Source: an uncultured Bacteroidales bacterium (GTDB lineage Bacteria > Bacteroidota > Bacteroidia > Bacteroidales > UBA12077). From it: DNA of 64,000 bases. The translations under genes and the position numbers were made by a program. Numbering within the stretch: the first letter of the stretch is position 1; the number at the start of each line of letters is the position of its first letter. The notes under the pieces were generated by a model. It was not told the origin of the DNA and ran no database searches. It worked only from the letters and a program-made list of their open reading frames with translations. Shown in pieces: positions 36,703 through 48,931 of this stretch. The stretch covers positions 1,114 to 65,113 of the forward strand of contig CAYWSJ010000001.1 of assembly GCA_964461045.1 (NCBI GenBank). The letters run 5' to 3'.

Positions 36703-37626
36703 ATGGTACTGAGATACTATGATACAACTAAAAATTTTGGTGACTTATTGAACCCATTAATTTTTAGCCATTATCTTCCGGAGTTTTTCGATGGAAACCC
36801 GAAAACAATTTTCCTGGGGATTGGAACAATATTGGGGCTTTTAAAAGGCAATAAAGATACGAACAGGATATTAGTCTTTAGCTCAGGCTACGCACCTGAT
36901 GACAAAAAAATGTACGGGGAACCGCCCGTTCTGGATGAAAAATATGAATTCTACTGTGTTAGAGGTCCTTTAACAGCCAAAGCACTGAAGCTGGATCCTG
37001 CATTGGCTATTTCAGACGGTGCTCTGCTACTCAAGAATATGCCATTTATGCCAGTTGAAAAAGAATTCGAATGTGCCTATATGCCTCATCATGTTACAGA
37101 GGGTATATTTGAGGGATGGAAAAAGCTCATGCTTTTAGATGGTATTCATTATATCAGTCCGCAGGGAGACCCGATTTCAATAATTGAACAGATACGTAAA
37201 AGTAAGTTACTAATTACTGAAGCTATGCATGGAGCTATTGTTGCTGATGTATTCAGGGTTCCATGGATTCCAGTAAAATCTTCTGCACATATTAATCAGT
37301 TTAAATGGGATGATTGGGCTATGTCCTTGGGGCTGGAATTTTCCTTACATCCTCTGAAATCATTATTTGGTGATAGGATAATTCGTAAAATGCTGGCTGA
37401 AAAGTTTAAACTAACAAAATACCAACCGGTTAATTACGTCGCTTCTGAAGTCTATAAAGCAACTCGGCAAAAGAAAAGAAAAAAAGCAGTACTTAAAGAA
37501 CTTAGAACTTTAAGAACCGGAAAGTATTACCTGAGTGATGAAAAAGTATTAGATAAAAAAATAGCGCAACTCACAGAAAAATTAAAAATGATCAATGAAA
37601 TATACAGTGATAGGCTGGCATATTGA
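36703..37626 (+). CDS. polysaccharide pyruvyl transferase family protein (ExoV/CsaB-like)
   Basis: 307 aa. N-terminal ..NFGDLLNPLI.. and C-terminal LLITEAMHGAIVADVFRVPWIPV resemble PS_pyruv_trans motifs. Confidence 0.65.
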   Translation: MVLRYYDTTKNFGDLLNPLIFSHYLPEFFDGNPKTIFLGIGTILGLLKGNKDTNRILVFSSGYAPDDKKMYGEPPVLDEKYEFYCVRGPLTAKALKLDPALAISDGALLLKNMPFMPVEKEFECAYMPHHVTEGIFEGWKKLMLLDGIHYISPQGDPISIIEQIRKSKLLITEAMHGAIVADVFRVPWIPVKSSAHINQFKWDDWAMSLGLEFSLHPLKSLFGDRIIRKMLAEKFKLTKYQPVNYVASEVYKATRQKKRKKAVLKELRTLRTGKYYLSDEKVLDKKIAQLTEKLKMINEIYSDRLAY

Positions 37627-37656
37627 ATGATTTGAATAATCATTAATCCAAACAAG

Positions 37657-38811
37657 ATGAAAATAGCATATATCTCTGTTCAGGATTCAACCAATGTACG
37701 AAGTTTTTCGGGTACAGGTTATTTTATTCCCCGGTCCCTTAAAATGAATGGAGCAGAAATTAATTACATCGGGAACTTAAAGACACAACCCTATCTTACT
37801 GAAAAGTTTAAAGAAATTTATTACAGATATATTCCGGGAAAAACATATTGGTTTAATCGCAATCCTCGTGTTCTGAAAAATTATGCACGGCAAATAAATA
37901 AAAGTCTTAATGGTATAAATCCTGATGTTATTTTGAGTTTTTCCGGCCAGCCTCTGGCTCTGCTGAAAACTGACAAACCGATTGTCTTATGGGCCGATGC
38001 TGTCTTTGAAGATATAATTGATTTTTATCCGGAATTTACAGATATGGCAAAGGTTACAATAAAACACGGCCATAAAATGGAAAAGGAAGCACTTGATCGT
38101 TGTGCTCATATCGTTTATTCTTCTGACTGGGCAGCAAAAGGAGCGATACAATACTATAATATTCCTCCCGAAAAGGTTTCTGTTATTACTTATGGTGCGA
38201 ATATCGAAACAAATTGGGATCAGGAGACTGTGGATGAAAAAATTAAGAAAAAGACGAATGAGCAGTGTAACTTGCTATTTGTAGGGGTTCACTGGTACAG
38301 AAAAGGAGGAGATAAAGCCCTTGAAGTGGCAAAGGAGTTGCATTCCCAAGGCATGCCTGTTAAGCTTGATATTCTTGGTTGCAGACCAGACAATGAGAAT
38401 CAATTGCCTTCTTATGTTAAAGTGCATGGTTTTATCAGCAAAGAGACAGAGAAAGGTAAGACCATTATTCATCAACTGATCAGCAATGCTCATTTTCTTA
38501 TTTTACCAACTTTAGCAGATTGTACACCAATTGTCTTTGCAGAATTCAATTCATACGGAATTCCATGTTTAACAACAAAAGTAGGCGGAATCCCGACATT
38601 GATTAAAAATGAGGTCAATGGAAAGTTATTCGATAAAAAAGCACCGGCAACTGAATATGCAGAGTACATTAAATCTTTGTTTACGAATTATGACAACTAT
38701 AAAACCCTGGCTCAAAAATCATATAATGAATACAAAACACGTCTTAACTGGAATGCCTCCGGAAAGAAAATGATGGGTGTATTAAAAAATGTAGTTAATG
38801 GAAAATCATGA
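37657..38811 (+). CDS. glycosyltransferase, GT-B fold (family 4-like)
   Basis: 384 aa. FLILPTLADCTPIVFAEFNSYGIPCLTTKVGGIPTLIKNEVNGKLF fits the EX7E-region pattern of retaining GT4 enzymes. Confidence 0.75.
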   Translation: MKIAYISVQDSTNVRSFSGTGYFIPRSLKMNGAEINYIGNLKTQPYLTEKFKEIYYRYIPGKTYWFNRNPRVLKNYARQINKSLNGINPDVILSFSGQPLALLKTDKPIVLWADAVFEDIIDFYPEFTDMAKVTIKHGHKMEKEALDRCAHIVYSSDWAAKGAIQYYNIPPEKVSVITYGANIETNWDQETVDEKIKKKTNEQCNLLFVGVHWYRKGGDKALEVAKELHSQGMPVKLDILGCRPDNENQLPSYVKVHGFISKETEKGKTIIHQLISNAHFLILPTLADCTPIVFAEFNSYGIPCLTTKVGGIPTLIKNEVNGKLFDKKAPATEYAEYIKSLFTNYDNYKTLAQKSYNEYKTRLNWNASGKKMMGVLKNVVNGKS

Positions 38812-39719
38812 CTAGCTCTGTAGCCATATTGATACCTGTTCATAATAAGCTTCACCTTACAAAGGAGTGTCTTCAGGGATTGCAAAACCTTATTAATGAG
38901 GTAAATTTTAAAGATAGTGTGAATTATTCAATTGTTCTTATTGATGATGGTTCTGAAGATGGAACTGAACAATGGGTGAAAAAAAAATTTCACGATATTC
39001 ATCTATTGAAAGGAGATGGAAATTTATGGTGGAGTGGAGGTGTTAATGCAGGAGCTAAATATGCCTTTGAAGAAAAGAATTTTAATTATGTATTGCTTTG
39101 GAATAACGACATTACTCCTGACAAAGGTTATTTCAGTAATTTAAGCCGGATTATCCTTGAGGGTGACGAAGAAACAATCGCTGGCTCAAAAATTTGTGAT
39201 CTGGAGGATCATAATAAAATATGGTCGATGGGTGGAGTATTTAACCCGGTTAATGGTGAAAATTATATGATTGGAATTGATAAAGAAGTTGATAATCATA
39301 ACTTTCAGTATTTTGAGCCCGACTGGCTGACAGGAATGGGTACACTAATACCGAGGAATGTACCAGAAAAAATTGGATATCTGAATGAAAATGATTTCCC
39401 CCAGTACTTTGGAGATACTGATTATACCTACCGGGCAAAGCTGGCAGGTTTTAAGCTCAAGGTTTTTCCGCAGCTGGTTATTTTTAACAATACTGCTAAT
39501 ACAGGCATTGTGCATGGGGGTAATTTCTTCCAATTAATTCGTACTCTTTACAGCACACGTTCTAAGTATAATTTTAAGAAAGAGTGGAAGTTCTATAGAA
39601 TGTATGCAGAATCTCGTAAAGCATACAAGCAGCTGTTTATTAAATATTTCCGATATATTGGTGGTTACTTTAAATGGAGCTTTTTAAATCTTTTCGGATT
39701 GAAAAAATCGGTTCGCTGA
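38808..39719 (+). CDS. glycosyltransferase family 2
   Basis: AILIPVHNKL..VLIDDGSEDGT..LLWNNDI, the GT-A DxD-type N-terminal domain. The ATGA overlap with the upstream gene suggests translational coupling. Confidence 0.8.
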   Translation: MTSSVAILIPVHNKLHLTKECLQGLQNLINEVNFKDSVNYSIVLIDDGSEDGTEQWVKKKFHDIHLLKGDGNLWWSGGVNAGAKYAFEEKNFNYVLLWNNDITPDKGYFSNLSRIILEGDEETIAGSKICDLEDHNKIWSMGGVFNPVNGENYMIGIDKEVDNHNFQYFEPDWLTGMGTLIPRNVPEKIGYLNENDFPQYFGDTDYTYRAKLAGFKLKVFPQLVIFNNTANTGIVHGGNFFQLIRTLYSTRSKYNFKKEWKFYRMYAESRKAYKQLFIKYFRYIGGYFKWSFLNLFGLKKSVR

Positions 39720-39790
39720 TTTTTTTTAGTATCTGAAATTTGACCTGTGAAGTCTGCAAGATTTAGAATTTAAAAGAAAATCAAGATTGT

Positions 39791-40816
39791 ATGAGAAACA
39801 ACAGAATGTACATTTATCCTCTGTCTGCCAGGTTTGAAGAAAAACTGAATAACCCCTATATTAAAGATGTCATAAGTTCTATAGAAAATTACTTTTTTTG
39901 CGTGAATAAGCAGAGTCCTTCTGCTGTTGGTTTTTTTAATGTTGTTCGCTATTTCTTTAGAACAAGGTATTACCACCTAAACTGGATTGAAGATCTGCCG
40001 GATAAAAAAGGAGGTCTACTACAGTCTCTGTTTCTATTGCTCATAATTCAGATAATGCGGGTCACAGGCAAAAAAATTATCTGGACTGCACACAACAAAA
40101 TCAGCCATTACCAGAAGAATCTTTGGATCAAGAAAATGTTAATGAGTGTTTTGGCCAGGAAAAGCCACTACATAATTACGCATAGCCATGAGGGTGTTGA
40201 GTATGTAAAACGATTAAATAAAAACAAAAATACGGTGAAAGTGATATATATTCCGCATCCTGTCAAAAATAAAATACATACGAATTCCGTGGAATTAACC
40301 AACGATATAATCATTTGGGGAAACATAGCGCATTACAAAGGAATTCATCTTTTCCTGCAACACTTAATAGAGAACGGGTTACAGAAAAAATATAAAATAA
40401 TAATCGCGGGAAGGTTTACCGAACCTGCTTATGAAGAGGTGCTTAAAAAATACCTTTCAGGGAATATTACACTTATTAACCGGTTTATTCAAAAAAAAGA
40501 ACTTGAAAAACTTATAAAAACGTCACGAATTGTTTTGTTTACCTACCAGCAGGAATATGTGCTAAGCTCTGGCGCTCTTATGGATTCTCTTGGTTATGGC
40601 AAAAATGTGATTGGTCCGGACATTGGTGCATTTAAAGATTTACAGGAAGAGGGATTGGTGACAACCTATGCCGATCTTAACGATTTGATTGAAAAAATTG
40701 ATAAATGCCTCGGATCATCAGGAAAAACAAGCAGAGAAAAGTTGAAAAATTTTATTGACAAAAACAGTTGGGAAAATTATGGCTTACAGCTTTACAATTG
40801 GTTAAATCAGCGTTAA
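39791..40816 (+). CDS. putative glycosyltransferase (GT-B-like)
   Basis: 341 aa. C-terminal half ..IIIAGRF..SRIVLFTYQQEYVLSSGALMDSLGYGKNVIGPDIGAFKDL.. resembles a GT-B nucleotide-sugar binding domain. ATG 39806 is an alternative start. Confidence 0.5.
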   Translation: MRNNRMYIYPLSARFEEKLNNPYIKDVISSIENYFFCVNKQSPSAVGFFNVVRYFFRTRYYHLNWIEDLPDKKGGLLQSLFLLLIIQIMRVTGKKIIWTAHNKISHYQKNLWIKKMLMSVLARKSHYIITHSHEGVEYVKRLNKNKNTVKVIYIPHPVKNKIHTNSVELTNDIIIWGNIAHYKGIHLFLQHLIENGLQKKYKIIIAGRFTEPAYEEVLKKYLSGNITLINRFIQKKELEKLIKTSRIVLFTYQQEYVLSSGALMDSLGYGKNVIGPDIGAFKDLQEEGLVTTYADLNDLIEKIDKCLGSSGKTSREKLKNFIDKNSWENYGLQLYNWLNQR

Positions 40817-40817
40817 A

Positions 40818-41714
40818 ATGAAATACGCCGTTATCATACCTGCAAAGAATGAAGAGAACGATCTTCCCGTTGCTCTTAATTCTATTATCAGTCAAACACT
40901 GTCACCTGTTTGCATTTTGGTGGTTGATGACCATTCAACGGACGGCACGGCAAAGGTTGTTCGTTCTTTTATGGATAAATATCCTTTTGTAGAATATTTG
41001 TTTCATGACGAAAATCACCAATATAATCTTGGTTCACCGGTTGTAAAGGCTTTTCATAAGGGAGAAGAGTTTTTGTTGCGTAAAAAATATTCATTTGATT
41101 ACCTGGTTAAAATTGATGCCGACGTAAGCTTTTCGCCAGAAATATTTGAAGAAACATGGAAGTTTATTAAAAAACAGGATACCTCATGTGGAATTGTTTC
41201 AAATGTCCCTTATTTTAACGTAAACGGTAAGAAAAAATACAGAAACAGCCCTGAATGGCATACCAATGGCTCTTTTAAAGTTTATAGTCTCCGTTGCCTG
41301 AATGAAATTGGAGGACTGAAAAAAGAATTGGGATGGGATTGTGCAGACAACATAATGGCCATGGAAAAAAACTGGCAAACGTTTGTTATACCCTATTTAA
41401 ATCACGAATTAATAAGACCGATAGGCAGATTCTCCCGGAAAAGGGGAGCTAAAAGACAGGGAATTGGTGCATATAAGCTTAGATATAGCATTTTGTATGT
41501 TTTTTTTAAAGCATTTCATGATATGCTGAACCCGCCCTATGGGATTCTTGGTTTTTGTTATCTCTATGGATACTTCATGGCTTTATTGAAAAGAGAAAAA
41601 AAAACATTGACAAAGAACCAGGGTAGTCTTCTGCGCAGATTATTATGGAAAAGTTTTTTTAACAGGTTGCAGAAAAGAGAGTTTTTGCTTTTGCAAAAAG
41701 AAAATGAAAAATAA
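40818..41714 (+). CDS. glycosyltransferase family 2
   Basis: YAVIIPAKNEENDL..LVVDDHSTDGT..KIDADV motifs. Starts 1 bp after the upstream stop. Confidence 0.8.
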   Translation: MKYAVIIPAKNEENDLPVALNSIISQTLSPVCILVVDDHSTDGTAKVVRSFMDKYPFVEYLFHDENHQYNLGSPVVKAFHKGEEFLLRKKYSFDYLVKIDADVSFSPEIFEETWKFIKKQDTSCGIVSNVPYFNVNGKKKYRNSPEWHTNGSFKVYSLRCLNEIGGLKKELGWDCADNIMAMEKNWQTFVIPYLNHELIRPIGRFSRKRGAKRQGIGAYKLRYSILYVFFKAFHDMLNPPYGILGFCYLYGYFMALLKREKKTLTKNQGSLLRRLLWKSFFNRLQKREFLLLQKENEK

Positions 41715-41782
41715 TGGCGGTTGGAATAAAAAGGAAATCAAAACATGCACAAACCCTAATTTAAACTTGAAAATACAATTCC

Positions 41783-42517
41783 ATGGAGTTGATGGGTATT
41801 AAATACGATAATTTGACAACCAGTGAGGCTCTTAAAAAACTGGAAGAATTCCTGGATAATGAGAAAAAAACCAATGTGTTTTTCTTAAATATCGACTGTC
41901 TCTACCATGCCAGGAAAGACAAGGAATATTCAGAAATACTCAGAAAAAAAACTGGTCTTGTTCTTGGTGATGGACTAGGTCTGAAAATATTATCCTTTTT
42001 TTACGGAGAAAAGATGAAGGAAAATCTTAATGGTACGGATTTTTCCCCTAAACTCATGTGTACGGCTGCCCAAAAAGGTAAATCCGTTTTCCTCCTGGGT
42101 GGACAAGACGGTGTTGCTGAAAACGCAGCAAAAAAATTTGCATCAACAACCAAAGTGCAAATTGCAGGCACAAATAATGGATATTTTGGCAATGTTAACC
42201 AGGTAATAGACAGAATAAATCGTTCTGAGGCCGATATACTTTTTGTGGGTTTTGGTGTGCCAAAGCAGGAAAAATGGATTGTTGAAAACAGGAAAATGTT
42301 AAATCCTACGCTCTGTATTGGAGTAGGAGGGCTTTTTGATTACAACTCCGGGAGAATAAAACGAGCTCCCAAATTTATCAGAACAATGCACATGGAATGG
42401 ATCTGGCGCATACTGATGGAGCCCCGCAGACTTTTTACCCGATATTTTGTCCATGATATTCCATTGTTGTTTTACTTTATTTTGAATAAGCGGGGCTTGA
42501 AAAAAATGAAATCCTGA
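41783..42517 (+). CDS. WecB/TagA/CpsF family glycosyltransferase
   Basis: 244 aa. GDGLGLK, VFLLGGQDGVAE, ILFVGFGVPKQEKWI, GVGGLFDY.SG..KRAP, MEPRRL, the family signature. Confidence 0.8.
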   Translation: MELMGIKYDNLTTSEALKKLEEFLDNEKKTNVFFLNIDCLYHARKDKEYSEILRKKTGLVLGDGLGLKILSFFYGEKMKENLNGTDFSPKLMCTAAQKGKSVFLLGGQDGVAENAAKKFASTTKVQIAGTNNGYFGNVNQVIDRINRSEADILFVGFGVPKQEKWIVENRKMLNPTLCIGVGGLFDYNSGRIKRAPKFIRTMHMEWIWRILMEPRRLFTRYFVHDIPLLFYFILNKRGLKKMKS

Positions 42518-42559
42518 TTAAATAAAACAGAGTCAAAAATATAAATAACAGCAAAATGA

Positions 42560-43264
42560 ATGAATAAAATGGCAAAATTAGCTTATTTCACAATTGATGA
42601 CTCCCCTGGAAAATATACAACAAGAAAAGTTGATCTTTTGAAAAAGAAAAAGATCCCGGCTCTCTTCTTTTGCAGAGGTGACTTTATGGAAAAAAATCCT
42701 GAACCTGTTATCTATGCCTTAAAAAATGGTTTTGTCGCAGGAAATCATGCCTATTCACATACTCCATTCTCAAAATTAACAATTGATGAATGCCTGAATG
42801 AAATTTTAAAAACGGATCAGATTATTGATGATTTATATGAAAAGGCAAAAGTCAGCCGGGGAAAAAAATATTTCAGGTATCCTTTTGGAACTAAGGGAAA
42901 CATAAGGTTTGGAAACCCAATGATATTTCTGAGAGAATTTGATAAAAAGTTTAATGCTGTTGAAAACCATCTGAAACAACTGGGATATGAACCTTTGAAA
43001 ATTGAAAACTTCAGAAAAAGATATCCGGAAGGTTTTATCATGAATGATACGGATACTTTCTGGACGAGGGATATTAAAGAATGGCAGATTCGAAAATATA
43101 ATCTGAAGTTCGATTCCATTGAAAAGCGAATGGATAAATCTTTTTCCTCCCGAAATGGAAATGAAATTATATTGGTTCATGATCATGAAGAAACCCAGGA
43201 TTATTTTGAAAGAATAGTAAATAAGCTTATTCTGAAGGGTTTTGAATTCTTGGAAATTAAATAA
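42560..43264 (+). CDS. polysaccharide deacetylase (CE4-like)
   Basis: YFTIDDSPG (motif 1), GNHAYSHTPF (motif 2), FRYPFG (motif 3). Confidence 0.7.
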   Translation: MNKMAKLAYFTIDDSPGKYTTRKVDLLKKKKIPALFFCRGDFMEKNPEPVIYALKNGFVAGNHAYSHTPFSKLTIDECLNEILKTDQIIDDLYEKAKVSRGKKYFRYPFGTKGNIRFGNPMIFLREFDKKFNAVENHLKQLGYEPLKIENFRKRYPEGFIMNDTDTFWTRDIKEWQIRKYNLKFDSIEKRMDKSFSSRNGNEIILVHDHEETQDYFERIVNKLILKGFEFLEIK

Positions 43265-43340
43265 CCTGTTGCTTCATTTAAAATCTACATAAAACTGGAT
43301 TTTCTCCCAATAATGTATTATCTTGAAAATTTACTAAACG

Positions 43341-43351
43341 AGAATAATTCT
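43341..43351. promoter_or_regulatory. Fur/PerR-box-like palindrome upstream of the Fur-family gene
   Basis: AGAAT-A-ATTCT is a perfect 5-1-5 palindrome (GAGAATAATTCTT is 6-1-6 with one mismatch) 20 bp upstream of ATG 43371. It resembles the GAnAAT-n-ATTnTC Fur-box core. Confidence 0.3.
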
Positions 43352-43370
43352 TACTTGAAAACTATTCAAC

Positions 43371-43793
43371 ATGAAAGTAAGTGAAGATCAAATCCGCAAA
43401 GCCTTGTCAGAAAAAGGTTTAAAGATAACTCCGCAGAGAATTATTATTCTTAAAAAGCTATATAGTCTGAATAATCATCCTGCGGCTGATAATATTATCA
43501 GCGTGGTTAGAAAAAATCATCCAAATATTGCGCCGGGAACGATTTATAAAACACTGAATACTTTTACAAAAAGTAATTTGGTTAAAAAGGTGACTACAGA
43601 AGAGGGCATTATACGATATGATGCTGTAACTGCTCATCACCACCATTTGCATTGTACAGACTGTAGTTTAATTAAAGATTATTTTGATGAAGAGCTTGAC
43701 AATTTACTCAGAGATTATTTCGCTAATAAGAAAATAGATGGCTTTCAGGTAGATGAGATGGTTCTTCAGATTCATGGGAAATTAAAGAAATAA
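43371..43793 (+). CDS. Fur-family transcriptional regulator (PerR-like by context)
   Basis: 140 aa. N-terminal wHTH GLKITPQRIIILKKL and metal site HHHHLHCTDC. Lies 24 bp upstream of katG. Confidence 0.85.
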   Translation: MKVSEDQIRKALSEKGLKITPQRIIILKKLYSLNNHPAADNIISVVRKNHPNIAPGTIYKTLNTFTKSNLVKKVTTEEGIIRYDAVTAHHHHLHCTDCSLIKDYFDEELDNLLRDYFANKKIDGFQVDEMVLQIHGKLKK

Positions 43794-46025
<2,232 letters not shown>

Positions 46026-46306
46026 TTCATTGCGGATTAAATAGTATAGCCTGTTCCAATCTTAAGAGTGCATTTATTTTGGATAAAGTGAAAAAATATT
46101 ATGAACGCAGAGAGATTGAGGACAGGCTCCTTTTTTTCTTAAGATAGACAAACTATGGTGTAATATCCTTAATTATACTTATTTTTATTTGCCAAACAGG
46201 GTAAAGTTGCCTTTAATAAAACCTTGAGATAAATGATAAAATTTTGTATAAATAAAATCCTCTCAATAATATATTTGTTTATATTGAAATTGAATTAAAT
46301 AAAAAA

Positions 46307-46990
46307 ATGATTACAAAAGATACCATAAAAGAAATTGCCTTCAAAAATGGAGTAAATTTATTTGGAGTGGCTTCCACAGAAAGATTTGAGAATGCCCCGG
46401 AAGGATTTCACCCAAAAGATATTTATTCGAAAACTAAAACCGTAATTGCCTTTGCAATAAAACTGCCAACTGAGTCATTATACGCGGATAACCCAATTCC
46501 TTTTACTCATGTTAATACATTGGCTATGCAAAAAATGGACTTAATCACTTATAACATTTCCTCCGAACTTGATAATCTTGGATTAAAAAACGTATTGATT
46601 CCAACCGACGACCCTTATTTGTTTTGGAATAATGACAAACAAGAAGGCCGTGCTATATTATCACTCAGACACGCGGGATACTTAGCCGGGCTTGGAAATC
46701 TTGGAAGAAATAATTTGTTGATTAACAAAGATTATGGCAGTATGATTCAAATAGGTGCATTATTAACAGCCACGGAGTTTAAATCAGACCCTTTAGCAGA
46801 CTACGAAGTTTGCCCGCAAAACTGCAGAATTTGCCTGAATATTTGTCCTAACAAAGCATTAACCGGAAATACTGTGATTCAAAAAAATTGCAGACCAATT
46901 TCAAATTATAAAACTGAAAAGGGATATATTATAAAAAAGTGCTTTGAATGCCGGAAAAACTGTCCAAGCGTATTGGGATTAAAACAATAA
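46307..46990 (+). CDS. 4Fe-4S cluster protein, epoxyqueuosine-reductase (QueG)-like, short form
   Basis: 227 aa. LSLRHAGYLAGLGNLGRNNLLINKDYGSMIQIGALLT resembles the QueG core. CPQNCRICLNICP and CFECRKNCP are ferredoxin-type Cys motifs. Confidence 0.5.
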   Translation: MITKDTIKEIAFKNGVNLFGVASTERFENAPEGFHPKDIYSKTKTVIAFAIKLPTESLYADNPIPFTHVNTLAMQKMDLITYNISSELDNLGLKNVLIPTDDPYLFWNNDKQEGRAILSLRHAGYLAGLGNLGRNNLLINKDYGSMIQIGALLTATEFKSDPLADYEVCPQNCRICLNICPNKALTGNTVIQKNCRPISNYKTEKGYIIKKCFECRKNCPSVLGLKQ

Positions 46991-47015
46991 TAAAGAGCAA
47001 AAAATAAGAACACTA

Positions 47016-47402
47016 TTGAAAATGCAGTACCTCATTAGAATATTTTACATCTTACATGGCTTGGTTCACTTATTGTATATGGGTCACAGTCTTAATTACT
47101 TTGAATTGGAAAAAGGTTTTAACTGGCCACATAATTCAAGATTGCTTGCAAATTACTGTAGTTCTAAACAAATAATGTTGATTGCTGCCATCTGGTGCGC
47201 TATGGCTGCAACAATTTTTATATTGTCTGGAATCTTTGTTCTGATAAATCATCCCTGGTACAGTCTGTTAACCTTTATCGCAGTTGTTTTATCTACGATG
47301 CTTTTTATTGTGCTTTGGGACGGCAACAGGAAAAAATTGCACACACAGGGTGGTATTGGGATATTGATTAACATCATTATCCTTGTTTTTTTGTTAATTT
47401 AA
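47016..47402 (+). CDS. small integral membrane protein
   Basis: 128-aa ORF with 4 hydrophobic segments. No motif recognised. Confidence 0.4.
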   Translation: MKMQYLIRIFYILHGLVHLLYMGHSLNYFELEKGFNWPHNSRLLANYCSSKQIMLIAAIWCAMAATIFILSGIFVLINHPWYSLLTFIAVVLSTMLFIVLWDGNRKKLHTQGGIGILINIIILVFLLI

Positions 47403-47529
47403 AAAGAGTTTAATATCGGATTAAAACATAGCAAGATAACAATTCATAAAAAACATAGGGCGGAAGTATTAAAATTGAATAAAATAACTTTAATAACTTT
47501 GGTTTATAACACTGAACGAGATAAATAGC

Positions 47530-48321
47530 ATGGATAATCATTTTTACTATACCAAAATTCCAAAATCAAGAATAGCAACATTTGATGTTTATTCTGTTGG
47601 TTTATTGAAGCATCATGTCAGCGCCTTGCTGGAATTTGATGTAACTGACTGTCGTACAAAATTAAGCCAACTAAGAAAATCAGGCTCAAATATTTCTTTT
47701 AATGCATGGTTAATTAAAGCCATCAGCAAAGCTTTGGAAAAGCATCCTGAAGCCTCTTCTTTTCTTTACAATAAGAAAAAACTAATAACTTTTAAGGATC
47801 ACAATGTATCCTTTTTGGTAGAAAAGCAGCTGGGTGATCAAAAAGTACCATTCCCCATGGTTATAGACCAGGTAAATTTAAAGAGTGTCCCCGATATAAC
47901 CCGGGAGATTGAAAATGTAAAGAGCCAAAAAGTATCGGAAAAGGATATAGTACTGGATAAGAAGTCAAAGTTTATTGAAAGGCTGTATTATAATCTGCCT
48001 GGATTTTTAAGAAAAAAAGTATGGAAATATATTATAAATCATCCTGGATTAGCTTATAAAAAAATGGGAAATGTTTCTATAACATCCTTGGGTATGATAG
48101 GAAAGATTAATGGTTGGTTTATTCATAAATCAATTCATCCTGTTTCTTTTGGAATTGGTTCAGTGATTAAAAAGCCGACAGTTGTTGATGATGTGATAAA
48201 AATAAGAGAAATCCTGAATATGACAGTATTAATTGATCATGATGTGATAGATGGAGCCCAAATGGTAAGATTTCTAAAGGAATTAACCAGGAATATTGAA
48301 ATGGCCAACGAACTCAGCTAA
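47530..48321 (+). CDS. 2-oxoacid dehydrogenase E2-type acyltransferase, catalytic domain only
   Basis: 263 aa. C-terminal LIDHDVIDGAQMVRFLKEL matches the DHRxxDG catalytic motif. No lipoyl domain. Confidence 0.6.
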   Translation: MDNHFYYTKIPKSRIATFDVYSVGLLKHHVSALLEFDVTDCRTKLSQLRKSGSNISFNAWLIKAISKALEKHPEASSFLYNKKKLITFKDHNVSFLVEKQLGDQKVPFPMVIDQVNLKSVPDITREIENVKSQKVSEKDIVLDKKSKFIERLYYNLPGFLRKKVWKYIINHPGLAYKKMGNVSITSLGMIGKINGWFIHKSIHPVSFGIGSVIKKPTVVDDVIKIREILNMTVLIDHDVIDGAQMVRFLKELTRNIEMANELS

Positions 48322-48931
48322 ATGTTACCAGAAAAATCAGGATTCTTCTGAGTGAAATATAAAATTTTGCCCTTCCAGACCTGTCATAGTCTAATGTCTC
48401 CGTAAATCTATCCTAAAACTATTGACTTATTCAAGAATAAAAAATATATTTATTTTTTAATCCTGCGATTTTATGCATTTATATGAAATATTATCTTTTT
48501 TATCAAAAATGCTTGCATATTCTGTCTTTTGGGTTTGTAATTAATTAATTGATTATGAGTAAAATATTTTTGTTATTCCATTTTTTTCGAATTATCTAAC
48601 TTAAACTCTGTTAATTTCTAATCGTAATAAATAGAAAAAGTAAAAACAAACATATCTATCGATAGAATACCACTAAATAAAAGCATGCCATCTCTCATTC
48701 TTTTTTGGAGTTATTTAAAACTTTTCCGGAAAAAAGAAATCCTTCCAGCAATAAGAAAATTCTGTTTTGATTTATTTTTCCCTTTATTCAAGGAAAAAAG
48801 AATATCTGTTAGCACATTTTCAATTTCTGTATTTAAAAAACATTACTGGTATAATTTAACTGAAATACAAACGAATAATTATCAAATATTCCTTTTCAAT
48901 AAAAATAATATTAGCTTAAAAATATAAAACA

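Noticed and set aside
5461-43264. The idea that the EPS locus is a mobile genomic island.
   Set aside because: No integrase, transposase, tRNA gene or flanking direct repeats were seen at either boundary. Apart from the sub-regions noted, the composition looks like the rest of the window.
46047-46128. A long-range stem (agcctgttcc / ggacaggct) plus T-run after katG, as a terminator feature.
   Set aside because: The ~60-nt loop and imperfect stem are atypical for an intrinsic terminator. It is mentioned only as a possibility in the katG finding.
48685-48927. 80-aa ORF in the 610-bp gap upstream of 48932. The 65-aa ORF 8975..9172 is a similar case.
   Set aside because: The sequences are AT-rich and of low complexity (runs of F/K/L/I) with no motifs. 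8975..9172 overlaps the transferase start. They are more likely promoter or leader DNA.
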